Assembly (NCBI GenBank): GCA_016190445.1
Contig: JACPQL010000049.1
Coordinates: 3,710-67,709, forward strand
Source of the DNA: Chloroflexota bacterium
GTDB taxonomy: Bacteria; Chloroflexota; Dehalococcoidia; Lucifugimonadales; JACPQL01
Direction of reading: 5' to 3'
DNA length: 64,000 nt
Positions 1 to 9,900 of this stretch are shown piece after piece. The position numbers and the translations under genes are program-made. The notes under the pieces were generated by a model, which was not told where the DNA came from, searched no databases, and saw only the letters and a list, made by a program, of their open reading frames with translations. Position 1 is the first letter of the stretch. Each line of letters opens with the position of its first letter.

Positions 1-1263
1 GATCCGGCCACCCACCACCATGCCCATTACAAGGGTCTCCGCCAGAGAGTTGCCGCCCAGCCGGTTGAAGCCGTGCAGGTCCCAGCAGGCCGTCTCGCCG
101 ACGGCGTAGAGCCCTGCCAGGCCATACGCGCGGCCATTGATATCAGTGCGAATTCCTCCCATGCTGTAGTGCTGGGTCGGCCTCACAGGAATGAGCTGGC
201 GCACCGCGTCCAGGCCAAGGAAGTCGCGGCAGATATCAGCTACCTCCCGCAGGTTGGTCTCGATGTGCTTTTTCCCCAGGTGCCGGATGTCCAGCCAGAG
301 ATGAGGGCCGTAAGGGCTCTCCACGCCAAACCCCTTCCTTATGTGCTGGACCATTCGGCGGCTGACCACGTCTCTGGAGGCCAGCTCCTTCTTCTCAGGC
401 TCGTAGTCCGGCATGAAGCGGTGCTCGTCCTTGTCCAGCAGGTACCCTCCATCGCCGCGACAGGCCTCGCTCACCAGGATGTCGCCGGGGACAACGCCCG
501 TGGGGTGGAACTGGACCGCCTCCATGTTGCCCAGGGGCACCACCCCGGTGTCCTGAGCGATGGCCATTCCTGTCCCTTCATTGATTACAGCGTTGGTGGA
601 ATGTCCGTAGATACGGCCATGGCCGCCGGTGGCGACGACCGTAGCTTGGGCCACGTAGGTGCGTAGCTGTCCGGTGCGCAGGTCTCGCACCACGGCCCCA
701 TAGCAGCGCTGGCCGTCGTGGATCAGGGCCACCGCCTCCACCCGGTCATGCACCTCCACGCCTAGCTGGATCACCACGTTGTCCAGGGTATACACCAGGG
801 CGTGGCCGGTGCCGTCCGATGCGAAGCAGGCGCGCCACTTCTTGGTGCCGCCAAAGTTGCGGGCCGCGATCAGCCCCTCTTTCTCCTGCGTCTCCTCAAT
901 GACCTCGCCGTCGGGCAGTTGGCGCGACCCCGCCACCACCCGGGTCCAAGGCACGCCCCAGTAAGATGTTTGACGTACCGCCACCGGCGCCTGGGTGACA
1001 AACAGTCGGGCGACGTCTTGCTCACATCCCCAGTCGGAGCCCTTCACCGTGTCCTCGAAGTGGACGTCAGGGGAGTCTCCCTGGCTCTTGGTCATGTTGC
1101 CCAGGGCAGCCTGCATCCCACCCTGGGCCGCTGTGGAGTGGGAGCGCCGCGGCGGCACCAGAGAGAGTATGGTCACCTTGAACCCTCGGGAGGCCACCTC
1201 TATAGCCGCCCGCTCCCCGGCGAGGCCCGCCCCAATGACAAGGACATCGGTGTAAATAGTCAC
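1..1263 (-). CDS. sdhA: succinate dehydrogenase / fumarate reductase flavoprotein subunit (C-terminus runs off the window edge)
   Basis: Own translation of the minus strand; the frame is absent from the ORF track because it is open at position 1. GTG at 1263 gives [20 protein letters not shown] (FAD GxGxxG), followed by [28 protein letters not shown] and [11 protein letters not shown] blocks. GTGA start/stop overlap with the upstream cytochrome b gene. Confidence 0.92.
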   Translation of the reverse strand, partial: MTIYTDVLVIGAGLAGERAAIEVASRGFKVTILSLVPPRRSHSTAAQGGMQAALGNMTKSQGDSPDVHFEDTVKGSDWGCEQDVARLFVTQAPVAVRQTSYWGVPWTRVVAGSRQLPDGEVIEETQEKEGLIAARNFGGTKKWRACFASDGTGHALVYTLDNVVIQLGVEVHDRVEAVALIHDGQRCYGAVVRDLRTGQLRTYVAQATVVATGGHGRIYGHSTNAVINEGTGMAIAQDTGVVPLGNMEAVQFHPTGVVPGDILVSEACRGDGGYLLDKDEHRFMPDYEPEKKELASRDVVSRRMVQHIRKGFGVESPYGPHLWLDIRHLGKKHIETNLREVADICRDFLGLDAVRQLIPVRPTQHYSMGGIRTDINGRAYGLAGLYAVGETACWDLHGFNRLGGNSLAETLVMGMVVGGRI

Positions 1264-1991
1264 AGCCTACCTCCAACCCGGTACAGAGTGACCAGGATGG
1301 CGGCCCCCAGGCTCAGCACCAGGGCCGTCCACACCAGGAGAATGGGGTGCGCCAGGCGGCGGGAGAGAAGGCCCCACTTGACCGCCACCCTGTACACCCC
1401 AATGGAGAGGTGGCTCTCCGCCAGCACCAGGAAGGGGACGTAGAACCACAGGTAGAGCTGGTAGACGCGGGCGCCGCTCTTGTCCGCCTGGATGGGCAGG
1501 TCTGTCAGGACCACCCATAGATGGATGGCTACCACAGCCAGCAGGGCGACGCCGCTGACAATCTGAAAGCCCCATGTCCAGGTGTCCAGGTGCTTCAGCG
1601 AGCGGATATGCCGCACTAGCGCCAACTGCTGGCCGAACCTGGCGGGGGTCTTCCTGGCTGACAGGAACACGTGGGATACGAAGAAGATGAGAAGGAAAGC
1701 CACTCCCACCTGTAGCAGATAGTACCGCTCCAGGAAGCCGGCCAGGGTGTTCATGGTAGTCGTCCCCAGCAACACGCTGAAGAGGAGTCCTAGGTGCATC
1801 ACCATGAAGGCGGCTAGCCCCAGGCCGCTCACGCTGAGGGCCATCTCCAGAAAGGCCGGGGCCCGTGCAGGGCGCACCAGGGCCGTCCAGGGCTTCGCCC
1901 GGGCCGACCATTGGGCTCCGGAGTCAACAGAGGATATCCGGGCTGCACGGGGCTGGGGTTGCGAATGGGACCCAGCATCAACTGGCATCAT
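1260..1991 (-). CDS. sdhC: succinate dehydrogenase / fumarate reductase cytochrome b subunit (multi-TM, b558-like)
   Basis: 243-aa ORF with about five hydrophobic helices carrying His residues (MVMHLG, FVSHVF, VAIHLW, LAESHLS). Directly upstream of and translationally coupled to sdhA. The first ~45 aa may be an over-extension. Confidence 0.7.
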   Translation of the reverse strand: MMPVDAGSHSQPQPRAARISSVDSGAQWSARAKPWTALVRPARAPAFLEMALSVSGLGLAAFMVMHLGLLFSVLLGTTTMNTLAGFLERYYLLQVGVAFLLIFFVSHVFLSARKTPARFGQQLALVRHIRSLKHLDTWTWGFQIVSGVALLAVVAIHLWVVLTDLPIQADKSGARVYQLYLWFYVPFLVLAESHLSIGVYRVAVKWGLLSRRLAHPILLVWTALVLSLGAAILVTLYRVGGRL

Positions 1992-2048
1992 GCAGCCTCC
2001 TTTCCCTTTGTTAAGGCATTGAAGAGAACCACACTCTCAGCCACGATG

Positions 2049-2558
2049 CTAGGAAGCCACCTTGCTAGGCTCAGTCGTGGACCCGGCCCCCTCTACCGAA
2101 GTCAGTTCCGCACCAGGCTCCTTCAGTGGAGGCGTCCCCTCATCTGAAGCCCGGAAGACCCTCTCTCCGGGCTTCAGGTCCAGGACGGCACTAGCATACT
2201 CGCTCACCCGCTGCACCACCAGTTGGGGATCGGTGACCTGACGGAGGTGGTAGTTGGGCGTGTCTACGTAGGCCTCAAGCTGGCGCGGGGGCAACGGGGC
2301 CCTCTGGCGGAACTCCTCCACCTCCAAGGCCAGGGTCCGCTGCGAGGCCTCGCCATAGAACAGAAGGAGGTAGCGCGCCACCTTCAGCCCAGCCACTCGC
2401 ACGCACCCGTATCGCGGCAGGGAGCACTGCCGGCGGTCGGTATGGTACGGGCAGAGCTCTGCTCCGTGCTCCTTCACATCTGGCAGCGTCTGGATCTTCG
2501 GGTCGTCCAGGCGCATGGTGCACGGGTCACCTTGATAGATAAGCAGCTTGTCCTTCAT
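2049..2558 (-). CDS. hypothetical Cys-containing protein
   Basis: Track ORF 2049-2627 trimmed to ATG 2558 (MKDKLLIYQGDPC...), which has a GAGGTG/AGGA upstream. No family recognised. Confidence 0.45.
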   Translation of the reverse strand: MKDKLLIYQGDPCTMRLDDPKIQTLPDVKEHGAELCPYHTDRRQCSLPRYGCVRVAGLKVARYLLLFYGEASQRTLALEVEEFRQRAPLPPRQLEAYVDTPNYHLRQVTDPQLVVQRVSEYASAVLDLKPGERVFRASDEGTPPLKEPGAELTSVEGAGSTTEPSKVAS

Positions 2559-2825
2559 GGTTCCTGCACCTCGCCCACTGGCGTTCCTGCCGGATACAGT
2601 GTGCCAGCGGCTCGGCACCGGAGGCATCAGTCCGGGGCTCCTTTCTCATCCTTCCTTCTGTGGGGGGGCGACTCCAACCTTGGTTCTAGTGCCAGAGGAC
2701 AGGCATCTGCCAAAAGTATGAATCTTCATACTATAGTTGGGGCCGGAGCTTGCGACTTTTTTCACCAGGTGCTAGGATAACATTGGCTGGGATATGCGAT
2801 TCTCGGTCAAAGGGTGGGGGGCAGG

Positions 2826-3587
2826 ATGGACGCAACCAGGGTACTTTTGGTGGATGACCACCCGCTGGTACGGGAGGGTCTCAGGAATCTTCTCCGGCAC
2901 GAGCCTGACATAGAGATTGTAGGTGAGGCTGGCGATGGCTTCGGGGCGTTGCGGCTGGTGGAAGCTCTGAAGCCGGACATCATTCTCATGGACGTGGTCA
3001 TGCCGGGCATGGGAGGCATCCAGGCCACCAAGCAGATCAAGAAGCTCAACCCTTCCAGTGCAGTGGTCATCCTCACCGCCTACGACGACGACCGCTACGT
3101 ATTGGGGCTGCTGGAGGCGGGGGCCGCAGGGTACCTCCTCAAGACCGCCTCGGCCCAGGAGGTGGTCCAGTCCCTGCGGGCCATCCGCGCCGGGGAGTCG
3201 GTGCTCCATCCATCCGTGGTGGCCAGGATCCTTAGCAAGGTCGCTAGAGCCCAGGCTGCGGCAGCCACGCCCGCCGGCGGCGAAGGCTTGACGGCGCGAG
3301 AGCTGGATGTGCTACGCCTTGCCGCCTGTGGGAAGAGCAACAAAGACATAGCCAGCCAGCTTTGTCTCAGCATTTCTACCGTGAAGTCCCACCTGGTCAG
3401 CATCTTTGCCAAGATGGGGGTTGCCTCCCGTACGGAGGCGGTCTTGCAGGCCGTGCGCCTGGGCTGGGTGGACATGGAGACGGCGCAGAAGTCACCCGGC
3501 AGCGATGCTGTGCCGCCTGGTAATGGCGCCCTCGCTGCCAGAGAGCACCATCAAGAGACTCTACAAGCCGATGCAAAGGGCGACTGA
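2826..3587 (+). CDS. NarL/FixJ-family response regulator (REC + LuxR/GerE HTH)
   Basis: MDATRVLLVDDHPLVREGL..., DVVMPGMGG, LTARELDVLRLAACGKSNKDIASQLCLSISTVKSHL. Trimmed from GTG 2814 to ATG 2826. Confidence 0.9.
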   Translation: MDATRVLLVDDHPLVREGLRNLLRHEPDIEIVGEAGDGFGALRLVEALKPDIILMDVVMPGMGGIQATKQIKKLNPSSAVVILTAYDDDRYVLGLLEAGAAGYLLKTASAQEVVQSLRAIRAGESVLHPSVVARILSKVARAQAAAATPAGGEGLTARELDVLRLAACGKSNKDIASQLCLSISTVKSHLVSIFAKMGVASRTEAVLQAVRLGWVDMETAQKSPGSDAVPPGNGALAAREHHQETLQADAKGD

Positions 3588-4770
3588 GCTGCGCCCAGGA
3601 GACTCAAGGCTGAAGGCCCGGCGCCGCATGAGGATACGTCTTGCCAGAGTCCTTCGGCTCTACCGCTCGCCTCTGGCCAGCAGCAAGGTGCACATCGGGC
3701 TCCTTGCGAGCATACTCGTAGTTGGCGCTCTCCTCCACTACGGCGACAGCCTGCCTCTTCTCTCAGCCGCCGCCTCTCACACGCCCATCGGCCTTGCCAA
3801 CAGACAGTCCCTGGAACGCATCCTTCTCTTGCTGCCCGTACTGTATGGAAGCGTCGTCTATGGCATAAGGGGCGGTCTCATCACCCTGGCCGTGGCCGAG
3901 GCCATAATGGTGCCCAGAGCCCTCATGGGGCCCGGCGACCTGGTCCAGACGCTACTTCAGGTGGCCGGTATTTCGGTGATCGGTGGACTTTTCGTCGCGC
4001 TGGTGGTCTCCGAGCGCAGGCGCGTGGAGCACGCCAAGGCACTGGCACAGAGGGTAATCGTGGCCCAGGAGGAGGAGCGGCGGCGCATAGCCCGAGAGCT
4101 GCACGACGAGACCGTCCAGTCCCTCTACGTCATCACGCAGCGCCTGGACCACCTGGCCTCGTGGGCCAAAGGAGGCTCCGATCAGGGAGTGGTGGAGGAG
4201 GTGCAAAGAGTCCGCACTCAGGCGGTCGAGGCGGCCACGGACCTACGACGGTTGCTGCAAGACCTGCGTCCGCGCATTCTGGACGACGTGGGCTTCATTC
4301 CTGCACTGGAGTGGCTCCTGGACGAGACCCTTAGGCAACACGGTGTCAAGGGGCAACTGGAGGTGCGCGGTGCCCCTGCGCTTCTCTCTCCTGATCACCA
4401 ACTGCTCCTCTGGCGGATCGCCCAGGAGTCGCTCTCCAACGTGGGCAAGCACGCCCAGGCCAGCGAAGTGGCCCTCACGCTGTACCAGGAGGACTACCGG
4501 GTCAGGATGGCCATCAGGGACAACGGAAGAGGGTTCGAGGCAAAGAGATTGGCGCGAGACCCCTCCCTTCAGGCCAAGTTGGGAATCCAGGGCATGCAGG
4601 AGAGGGCCAGGCTTCTGGGGGGCACCCTGACCGTGCGCTCAGAGGTGGGCAAGGGCACCACCGTGTCAGTGGATGTCCCCATCGCCGTCCGTGGTGGCAC
4701 CGCAGCCCGGCCCTGGGACCCGCCAAAGGGCTCGGACGAACGGCGGGCCTATGGCCTGGGGGGCGATTGA
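3571..4770 (+). CDS. membrane sensor histidine kinase, HisKA_3 / HATPase_c (NarX/LiaS-like)
   Basis: TM helices, then H-box RRRIARELHDETVQSL and the ATPase blocks SNVGKHAQAS, DNGRGF and GIQGMQERARLLGG. The track start 3406 overlaps the regulator gene; ATG 3571 or 3628 is more plausible. Confidence 0.85.
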   Translation: MQRATELRPGDSRLKARRRMRIRLARVLRLYRSPLASSKVHIGLLASILVVGALLHYGDSLPLLSAAASHTPIGLANRQSLERILLLLPVLYGSVVYGIRGGLITLAVAEAIMVPRALMGPGDLVQTLLQVAGISVIGGLFVALVVSERRRVEHAKALAQRVIVAQEEERRRIARELHDETVQSLYVITQRLDHLASWAKGGSDQGVVEEVQRVRTQAVEAATDLRRLLQDLRPRILDDVGFIPALEWLLDETLRQHGVKGQLEVRGAPALLSPDHQLLLWRIAQESLSNVGKHAQASEVALTLYQEDYRVRMAIRDNGRGFEAKRLARDPSLQAKLGIQGMQERARLLGGTLTVRSEVGKGTTVSVDVPIAVRGGTAARPWDPPKGSDERRAYGLGGD

Positions 4771-4784
4771 CTCCGGGGTGAGGG

Positions 4785-5240
4785 CTATCCCTCCATGCCC
4801 AGGGCCTCGAAGATGCCAAGGAACTGGGAGACATCTCCGGGCTGGTAGTAGGGTATGGAGTGCAGAATGGTCCCATCCTCCCCGATAACAAAGATGGCAC
4901 GACCGGCCCGCTTCAGGTCCTCCCTCATCACGCCGTAGAGTCGTGCCACCGCCAGGTCGGGGTCCGAGGCCAGGGGAAAGGGGAACTCTCCGGCCCTCTC
5001 CTGGAAAGCGCGGTGGGACTCCAGACTATCGGCGCTCACCGCCACCACCTGGGCCCCCAGGCCCTTCAGGGTCTCATGCTCCTCCCGCAGGGAGGAGACC
5101 TCCTGGGTTCAGGTGGGGGTGTTGTCCTCGGTGTAGAAGGCGAGCACCACCCTGCCCTGGGAGAGGAGCCGGCTGAGTGCCATCTCCCCGTGAGTGCTGG
5201 GGAGGGTGAAGTGAGGCGCCTTTTCGCCCTTCTGCGGCAT
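4785..5240 (-). CDS. Bcp/PrxQ-type peroxiredoxin with in-frame UGA (candidate selenocysteine) at the peroxidatic position
   Basis: Track ORFs 5109-5291 and 4785-5048 are in the same frame and are separated by a single TGA (5109-5111). Read-through gives MPQKGEKAPHFTL...GRVVLAFYTEDNTPT-U-TQEVSSLREEHETLKGLGAQVVAVSADS..., matching the FYPxDxTPxC Prx motif. Confidence 0.7.
5070..5100 (-). promoter_or_regulatory. SECIS-like stem-loop downstream of the peroxiredoxin UGA
   Basis: On the mRNA: UGA, 11 nt, then CUCCUCCC-UGC-GGGAGGAG (8-bp stem, plus coordinates 5079-5097). An alternative outer pairing is GGUCUC/GAGACC. Confidence 0.45.
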
Positions 5241-5250
5241 GGGAACGGCC

Positions 5251-8200
5251 CTATCCTCCGGCCTGCGTCCGGCTGGCGGCCAGCAGGGCATCGCGACGGG
5301 CCCTCTGCTGCTCGCGGGGTAGCGGAGGCGCCACGTGCGGCAGGGGCGCCACCTTCTTGAAGCGCGGCAGGTACTCGTCCCACCGGGCCAGGACCTCCCC
5401 CGCCATGGGGCTCTCTGTTAGCTGGTGGTGGCGCTGCACCAGCGAGCGCAGGTTCTCCACATCGTCCGGGTCATCCACAGGGCCAACGCCCACCATCTCC
5501 GGGTTGACGCGCCTCTGGAGCTGTCCGTCCTGGTCCAGCGCGTAGGCCATTCCCCCGGACATACCGGCGCCGAAGTTGCGCCCCGTGGGCCCTAGCACCA
5601 CCACCACTCCGCCGGTCATATACTCGCAGCAATGGTCTCCCGCGCCCTCCACCACCGTCCAGGCACCGGAGTTGCGCACCGCGAACCTCTCCCCTGCCTT
5701 GCCTGCGGCGAAGAGCCTGCCGCCAGTGGCCCCGTAGAGGACAGTGTTACCCATGATGACGCTTTCGTGGGGGAGGAAAGCGGCGTTCTCCGGAGGGCGC
5801 ACCACCACCTCACCGCCGTGCATCCCCTTGCAGACGTAGTCGTTGGCCTCTCCCACCAGCACCAAGCGCATCCCCTCTATGCAGAAGGCACCGAAGCTCT
5901 GGCCTGCGGAGCCCCTGAACCGGAGTTCAATGGAGCCCTCCGGCAGGCCAACGTCCCCGTAGCGGTAGGCGATCTCGCCCGCAATCCGTGCTCCCACCGC
6001 CCGGTGCACGTTGCGTATTCCCCGCTCCGGCACCACCGGGCCCTTGCCCTCCAGGGCTGGCCGTACCAGTGGCATAAGCTCGTCGTCCAGGGGCGGGTCT
6101 ACCGCCTGCCTGCCCCCTGGCTGGACACAGTACCTGGGGCGGTGGCCCTCCGGGTCTACCCGGCGCAGCACCCTGGAGAGGTCCACCGTGGCTGCCTTGG
6201 GGTGGTCTGGCACTGGCACCTGCTCCAGCAGGTCGGGGCGGCCTATGATCTCCTCCAGGGAGCGGGCGCCCATAGAGGCCAGAATCTGCCTCACCTCCTC
6301 TGCGACATAGAAGAGGAACCGGACGACCATCTCTGGCGTTCCCCAGAACTTCTTCCTCAGCTCAGGGTCTTGTGTTGCTACCCCTACGGGGCAGGTGTTC
6401 AGGTGTCACTGCCGTGCTATCTGGCACCCCACGGCCACCATGGCGGCCGTGCCAAAGGCGTACTCCTCTGCGCCCAGGAGGGCCGCCATCACCACGTCCC
6501 GTCCTGTGCGCAGCCCGCCGTCGGTGCTCAGCACCACCCGGCCCCGCAGGTCGTTGAGCACCAGCACCTGCTGGGTCTCAGCCAGCCCCGTCTCCCAGGG
6601 TGCGGCAGCGTTCTTGATGGAGCTGAGGGGTGAGGCCCCGGTGCCACCTTCGTGGCCGCTTATGTGGATGACGTCCGCCTTGGCCTTGGCCACCCCAGCG
6701 GCTATGGTGCCCACGCCCGCCTCAGCCACCAGCTTCACCTGCACCTGAGCCCTGGGGTTCACTGTCTTCAGGTCGTAGATTAGCTGGGCCAGGTCCTCGA
6801 TGCTGTAGATGTCGTGGTGCGGTGCGGGAGATATGAGCGGCACCCCAGGCTGGGTGTGGCGAATGCGGGCGATGATCTCCGTCACCTTGTGGCCTGGGAG
6901 CTGGCCGCCCTCGCCAGGCTTGGAGCCCTGGGCCATCTTGATCTCCAGGACGTCGGCCATGGCCAGGTATTCAGGAGTCACTCCGAAGCGGCCCGACGCC
7001 ACCTGTTTGATTCGGCTGTTGGAGCTATCGGAGCCATTGATACGGGCCCGATAGCGGCGTGGGTCCTCGCCACCCTCGCCGCTGCCACTCTTGCCGCCGA
7101 CCCGGTTGAAACCTATGGCGATGGCCTCGTGGGCCTCCATGCTCAGGGCGCCGAAGGACATGGAGCCGCTCTTGAACCTTTTCACTATCTGACTGGCCGG
7201 CTCCACCTCCTGTAGGGGCACGGGTGGCCCCAGGGGCTTCAGCCGCGTGAGGTGCCGCAGGGCCATGGGGTCCTCGGCCTCCACCTGGCCAACGTACTCC
7301 CTGTATGCATGGCCATCCCCATCTCGCAGGGCCTTGTGCAAGACACGCACCAACTGGGGCGCGAAGGCGTGGAGTTCGCCCCCTCTGCGGAAGCGGTAGT
7401 AGCCGTAGTCTTCCAGCCGCGCGATGCCGTCCTGCCCGACGCCGAAGGCAAGGCGGTGGTGCTCCAGCGCCTCCTGGGCCATCTCCTCAAACCCCAGTCC
7501 TCCCACTGCGGAGGGGGTACCAGTGAAGCACCGCTCAATCACATCGCTGTGGATACCCACCGCCTCGAAGACCTGGGCCCCGTGGTACGCGGTGATGGTG
7601 GATATGCCCATCTTGGACATGATCTTGAGGAGTTGTTTGTCCATGACCTTGCGGTAGGTAGCGACGGCCTTCTCCGGGCCAAGGCCCTCATCGTGCTCTT
7701 CTGTCGCCATCTGGCGCACCGTGGCCACGGCCAGATAAGGATTGATGGCGCTGGCGCCGTAGCCGATGAGGGCCGCCATCTGGTGCATCTCCCGGGCCTC
7801 GCCTGTCTCGGCGATGATGCTGACGGACATGCGCCTCCCCTGGCGAATGAGGTGGTGGTGGAGAGCGCCCACCGCCAGCAGCATGGGAATAGGGGCGTGC
7901 TCGGAGTCCACGCCGCGGTCGCTCACGATGAGGAGGGAGCATCCCTGTGCCACGGCCTCCTCGGCCCGGGCACACAGCTCTTTCAGGGCGGGCTCCAGCG
8001 CCGCAGTGCCGCCCTTTGCCCGGAACAGCGCCGGCAGGGTGGCACACCTGAAAGCGGGGTCCGGGTTGCACAGGATGGCCTCCATCTCGGCATCGCTCAG
8101 GATGGGGCTGGGTAGCCGCAGGAGGTGGGCGTGCTCCGGCGTCTCCTCCAGCAGGCTATGGCGCGGGCCCAGGTAGGTGTACAGGGACATGACGAGTTGC

Positions 8201-9846
8201 TCGCGCAGGGGGTCTATGGCGGGGTTAGTCACCTGGGCGAACCGTTGCTTGAAATAGCTGTACAGAAGGCGAGGCTTCTTGGCCAGCGCCGCCAGCGGCG
8301 TATCATCCCCCAGGGAGCCCACGGGCTCAACCCCCTGGGCGAACATGGGGCCCAACACCATGTGACACTCCTCGCTGGTGTATCCGAAGGCACGCTGTAG
8401 CTGGATGAGAGGGGGCTCCTTCTTCCCCGCGCTGGCGGGGCTTCCCCTGGACTGCGTCCTTCCTGGGGAGGACTGCGTGAGGCCGTCCAGGTGCACCAGA
8501 TGGTGTCGCAGCCACTCTCCATAGGGCCGGCGGTGAGCTACCTGGTCCTTTATCTCCTCGTTCCTCAGCAGCCGTCCCCTGGCAGTATCCACGGCGATCA
8601 TCTGGCCGGGGCCCAACCGCCCCTTCTCCACCACGTGGGCGTCGTCCAGGTCAACGGTACCCACCTCGGAGGCCATGACAATAATGCCGTCGTCGGTAAC
8701 CTTGTACCTGGCGGGGCGCAGGCCGTTGCGGTCCAGGGCCGCGGCCACCGTGACACCGTCGGTGAAGGCCAGGGCAGCGGGGCCGTCCCACGGCTCGGTC
8801 AGGCAGGCGTGGTACTCGTAGAAGTCCCGCCACGCCGGGGCCATGTCCGGCATGTTCTCCCACGCCTCGGGTACCAGCACCATCATGGAGTGCAGCAGGT
8901 CCCGTCCGGAGAGGACCAGGGCCTCCAGCACATTGTCCAGGCTGGCGGAGTCGCTGCCGCCCGGCTGGGAGAGCGGAGGGAGGTGGGCCACCTCCTTCCC
9001 CAGCAGGGCGGAGCGCAGCTCCGGCTCCCGCGCTCGCACCCAGTTCCTGTTCCCCTGGAGGGTGTTGATCTCGCCGTTGTGGGCCAGGAGGCGGAACGGC
9101 TGGGCCAGCACCCAGTTTGGGAAGGTGTTGGTGCTGTAGCGCTGATGGAACAGTGCCAGGGCTGTGGTGAAGTCAGGGCGCTGTAGGTCCAGGTAAAAGT
9201 CCCTGAGATGGGTGGCGGTGAGCAGCGCCTTGTAGACAATGGTGTGGGAGGAGAGAGAGGCAATGTACGCCGCCACTCGGTCCCGGACAAAGCGCGACTC
9301 CGCCTCCTTGCGCGCCAGATAGAGCGAGCGCTGGAAGGCCGCAGCGTCCATGCCCTCGGGCCGCAGCAGTAGCAGGTGGCGGATGGAGGGCAAGGTGGCC
9401 CGGGCGCTCTCCCCCAGCACCGATGGATCAACGGGGACATCCCTCCAGCCCACCACGGGGAGGCCCCGGCGGGCGGCTACCTCTTCAAGGACGTGGCAGC
9501 CGCGGGCAGCCTGCTCGGCGCCAGGGGGCAGGAAGACCACCCCCACCGCCAGGTCGCCGTCGGCGCTCACCCGGTGGCCGTGGCGCTCCGCCTCGGCGGC
9601 GAAGAGGTCAGCGGGTATCTGAGTCAGCACGCCGGCCCCGTCCCCGGTCCTGGCATCGGCGGAGACAGCGCCTCGATGGGTGACGTTGGCCACCGATGTC
9701 AGCGCTTTTTCGAGAATGGCATGGCTCCTGTGGCCTGATATGTCAGCCACAAAGCCCACGCCACAGGCGTCGTGTTCGAACTGAGGGTCGTACAGCGTTC
9801 CGTCATGTGATAAAGGTACCATCGCCGTTGGGTCCTCTCCAAACAC
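5251..9846 (-). CDS. gltB: glutamate synthase large chain, single 1531-codon polypeptide (Fd-GOGAT-like; no gltD adjacent), with in-frame UGA
   Basis: Track ORFs 6406-9846 and 5251-6330 share one frame and are split only by TGA 6406-6408. The product has EHDACGVGFVA (Ntn amidotransferase Cys), FMN-domain blocks and a C-terminal GXGXG domain (GMRLVLVGEANDYVCKGMHGGEVVV). Read-through gives [33 protein letters not shown]. Confidence 0.9.
6378..6394 (-). promoter_or_regulatory. SECIS-like stem-loop downstream of the gltB UGA
   Basis: On the mRNA: UGA, 11 nt (CACCUGAACAC), then CUGCCCC-GUA-GGGGUAG (7 bp including one G-U pair). Confidence 0.4.
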
Positions 9847-9900
9847 TCACGGGCCCCGTGGGGCCGGGGCCCGTGAAAAAAGTCATGGGGCTGTCCGGCC

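Noticed and set aside
3406-3570. Histidine kinase starting at 3406, overlapping the regulator gene by 180 nt
   Set aside because: The extension is Arg/Trp/Cys-rich with no TM or domain features. In-frame ATGs at 3571 and 3628 give the usual short overlap or gap.
5251-9846. gltB as a pseudogene or a naturally split two-gene glutamate synthase
   Set aside because: The two parts are in the same frame with a single TGA and no frameshift. The break falls inside the C-x5-C-x4-C cluster motif exactly at a Cys codon position, and a hairpin follows at the SECIS distance. A second such case lies in the next gene. A TGC-to-TGA sequencing or mutational error cannot be excluded without reads.
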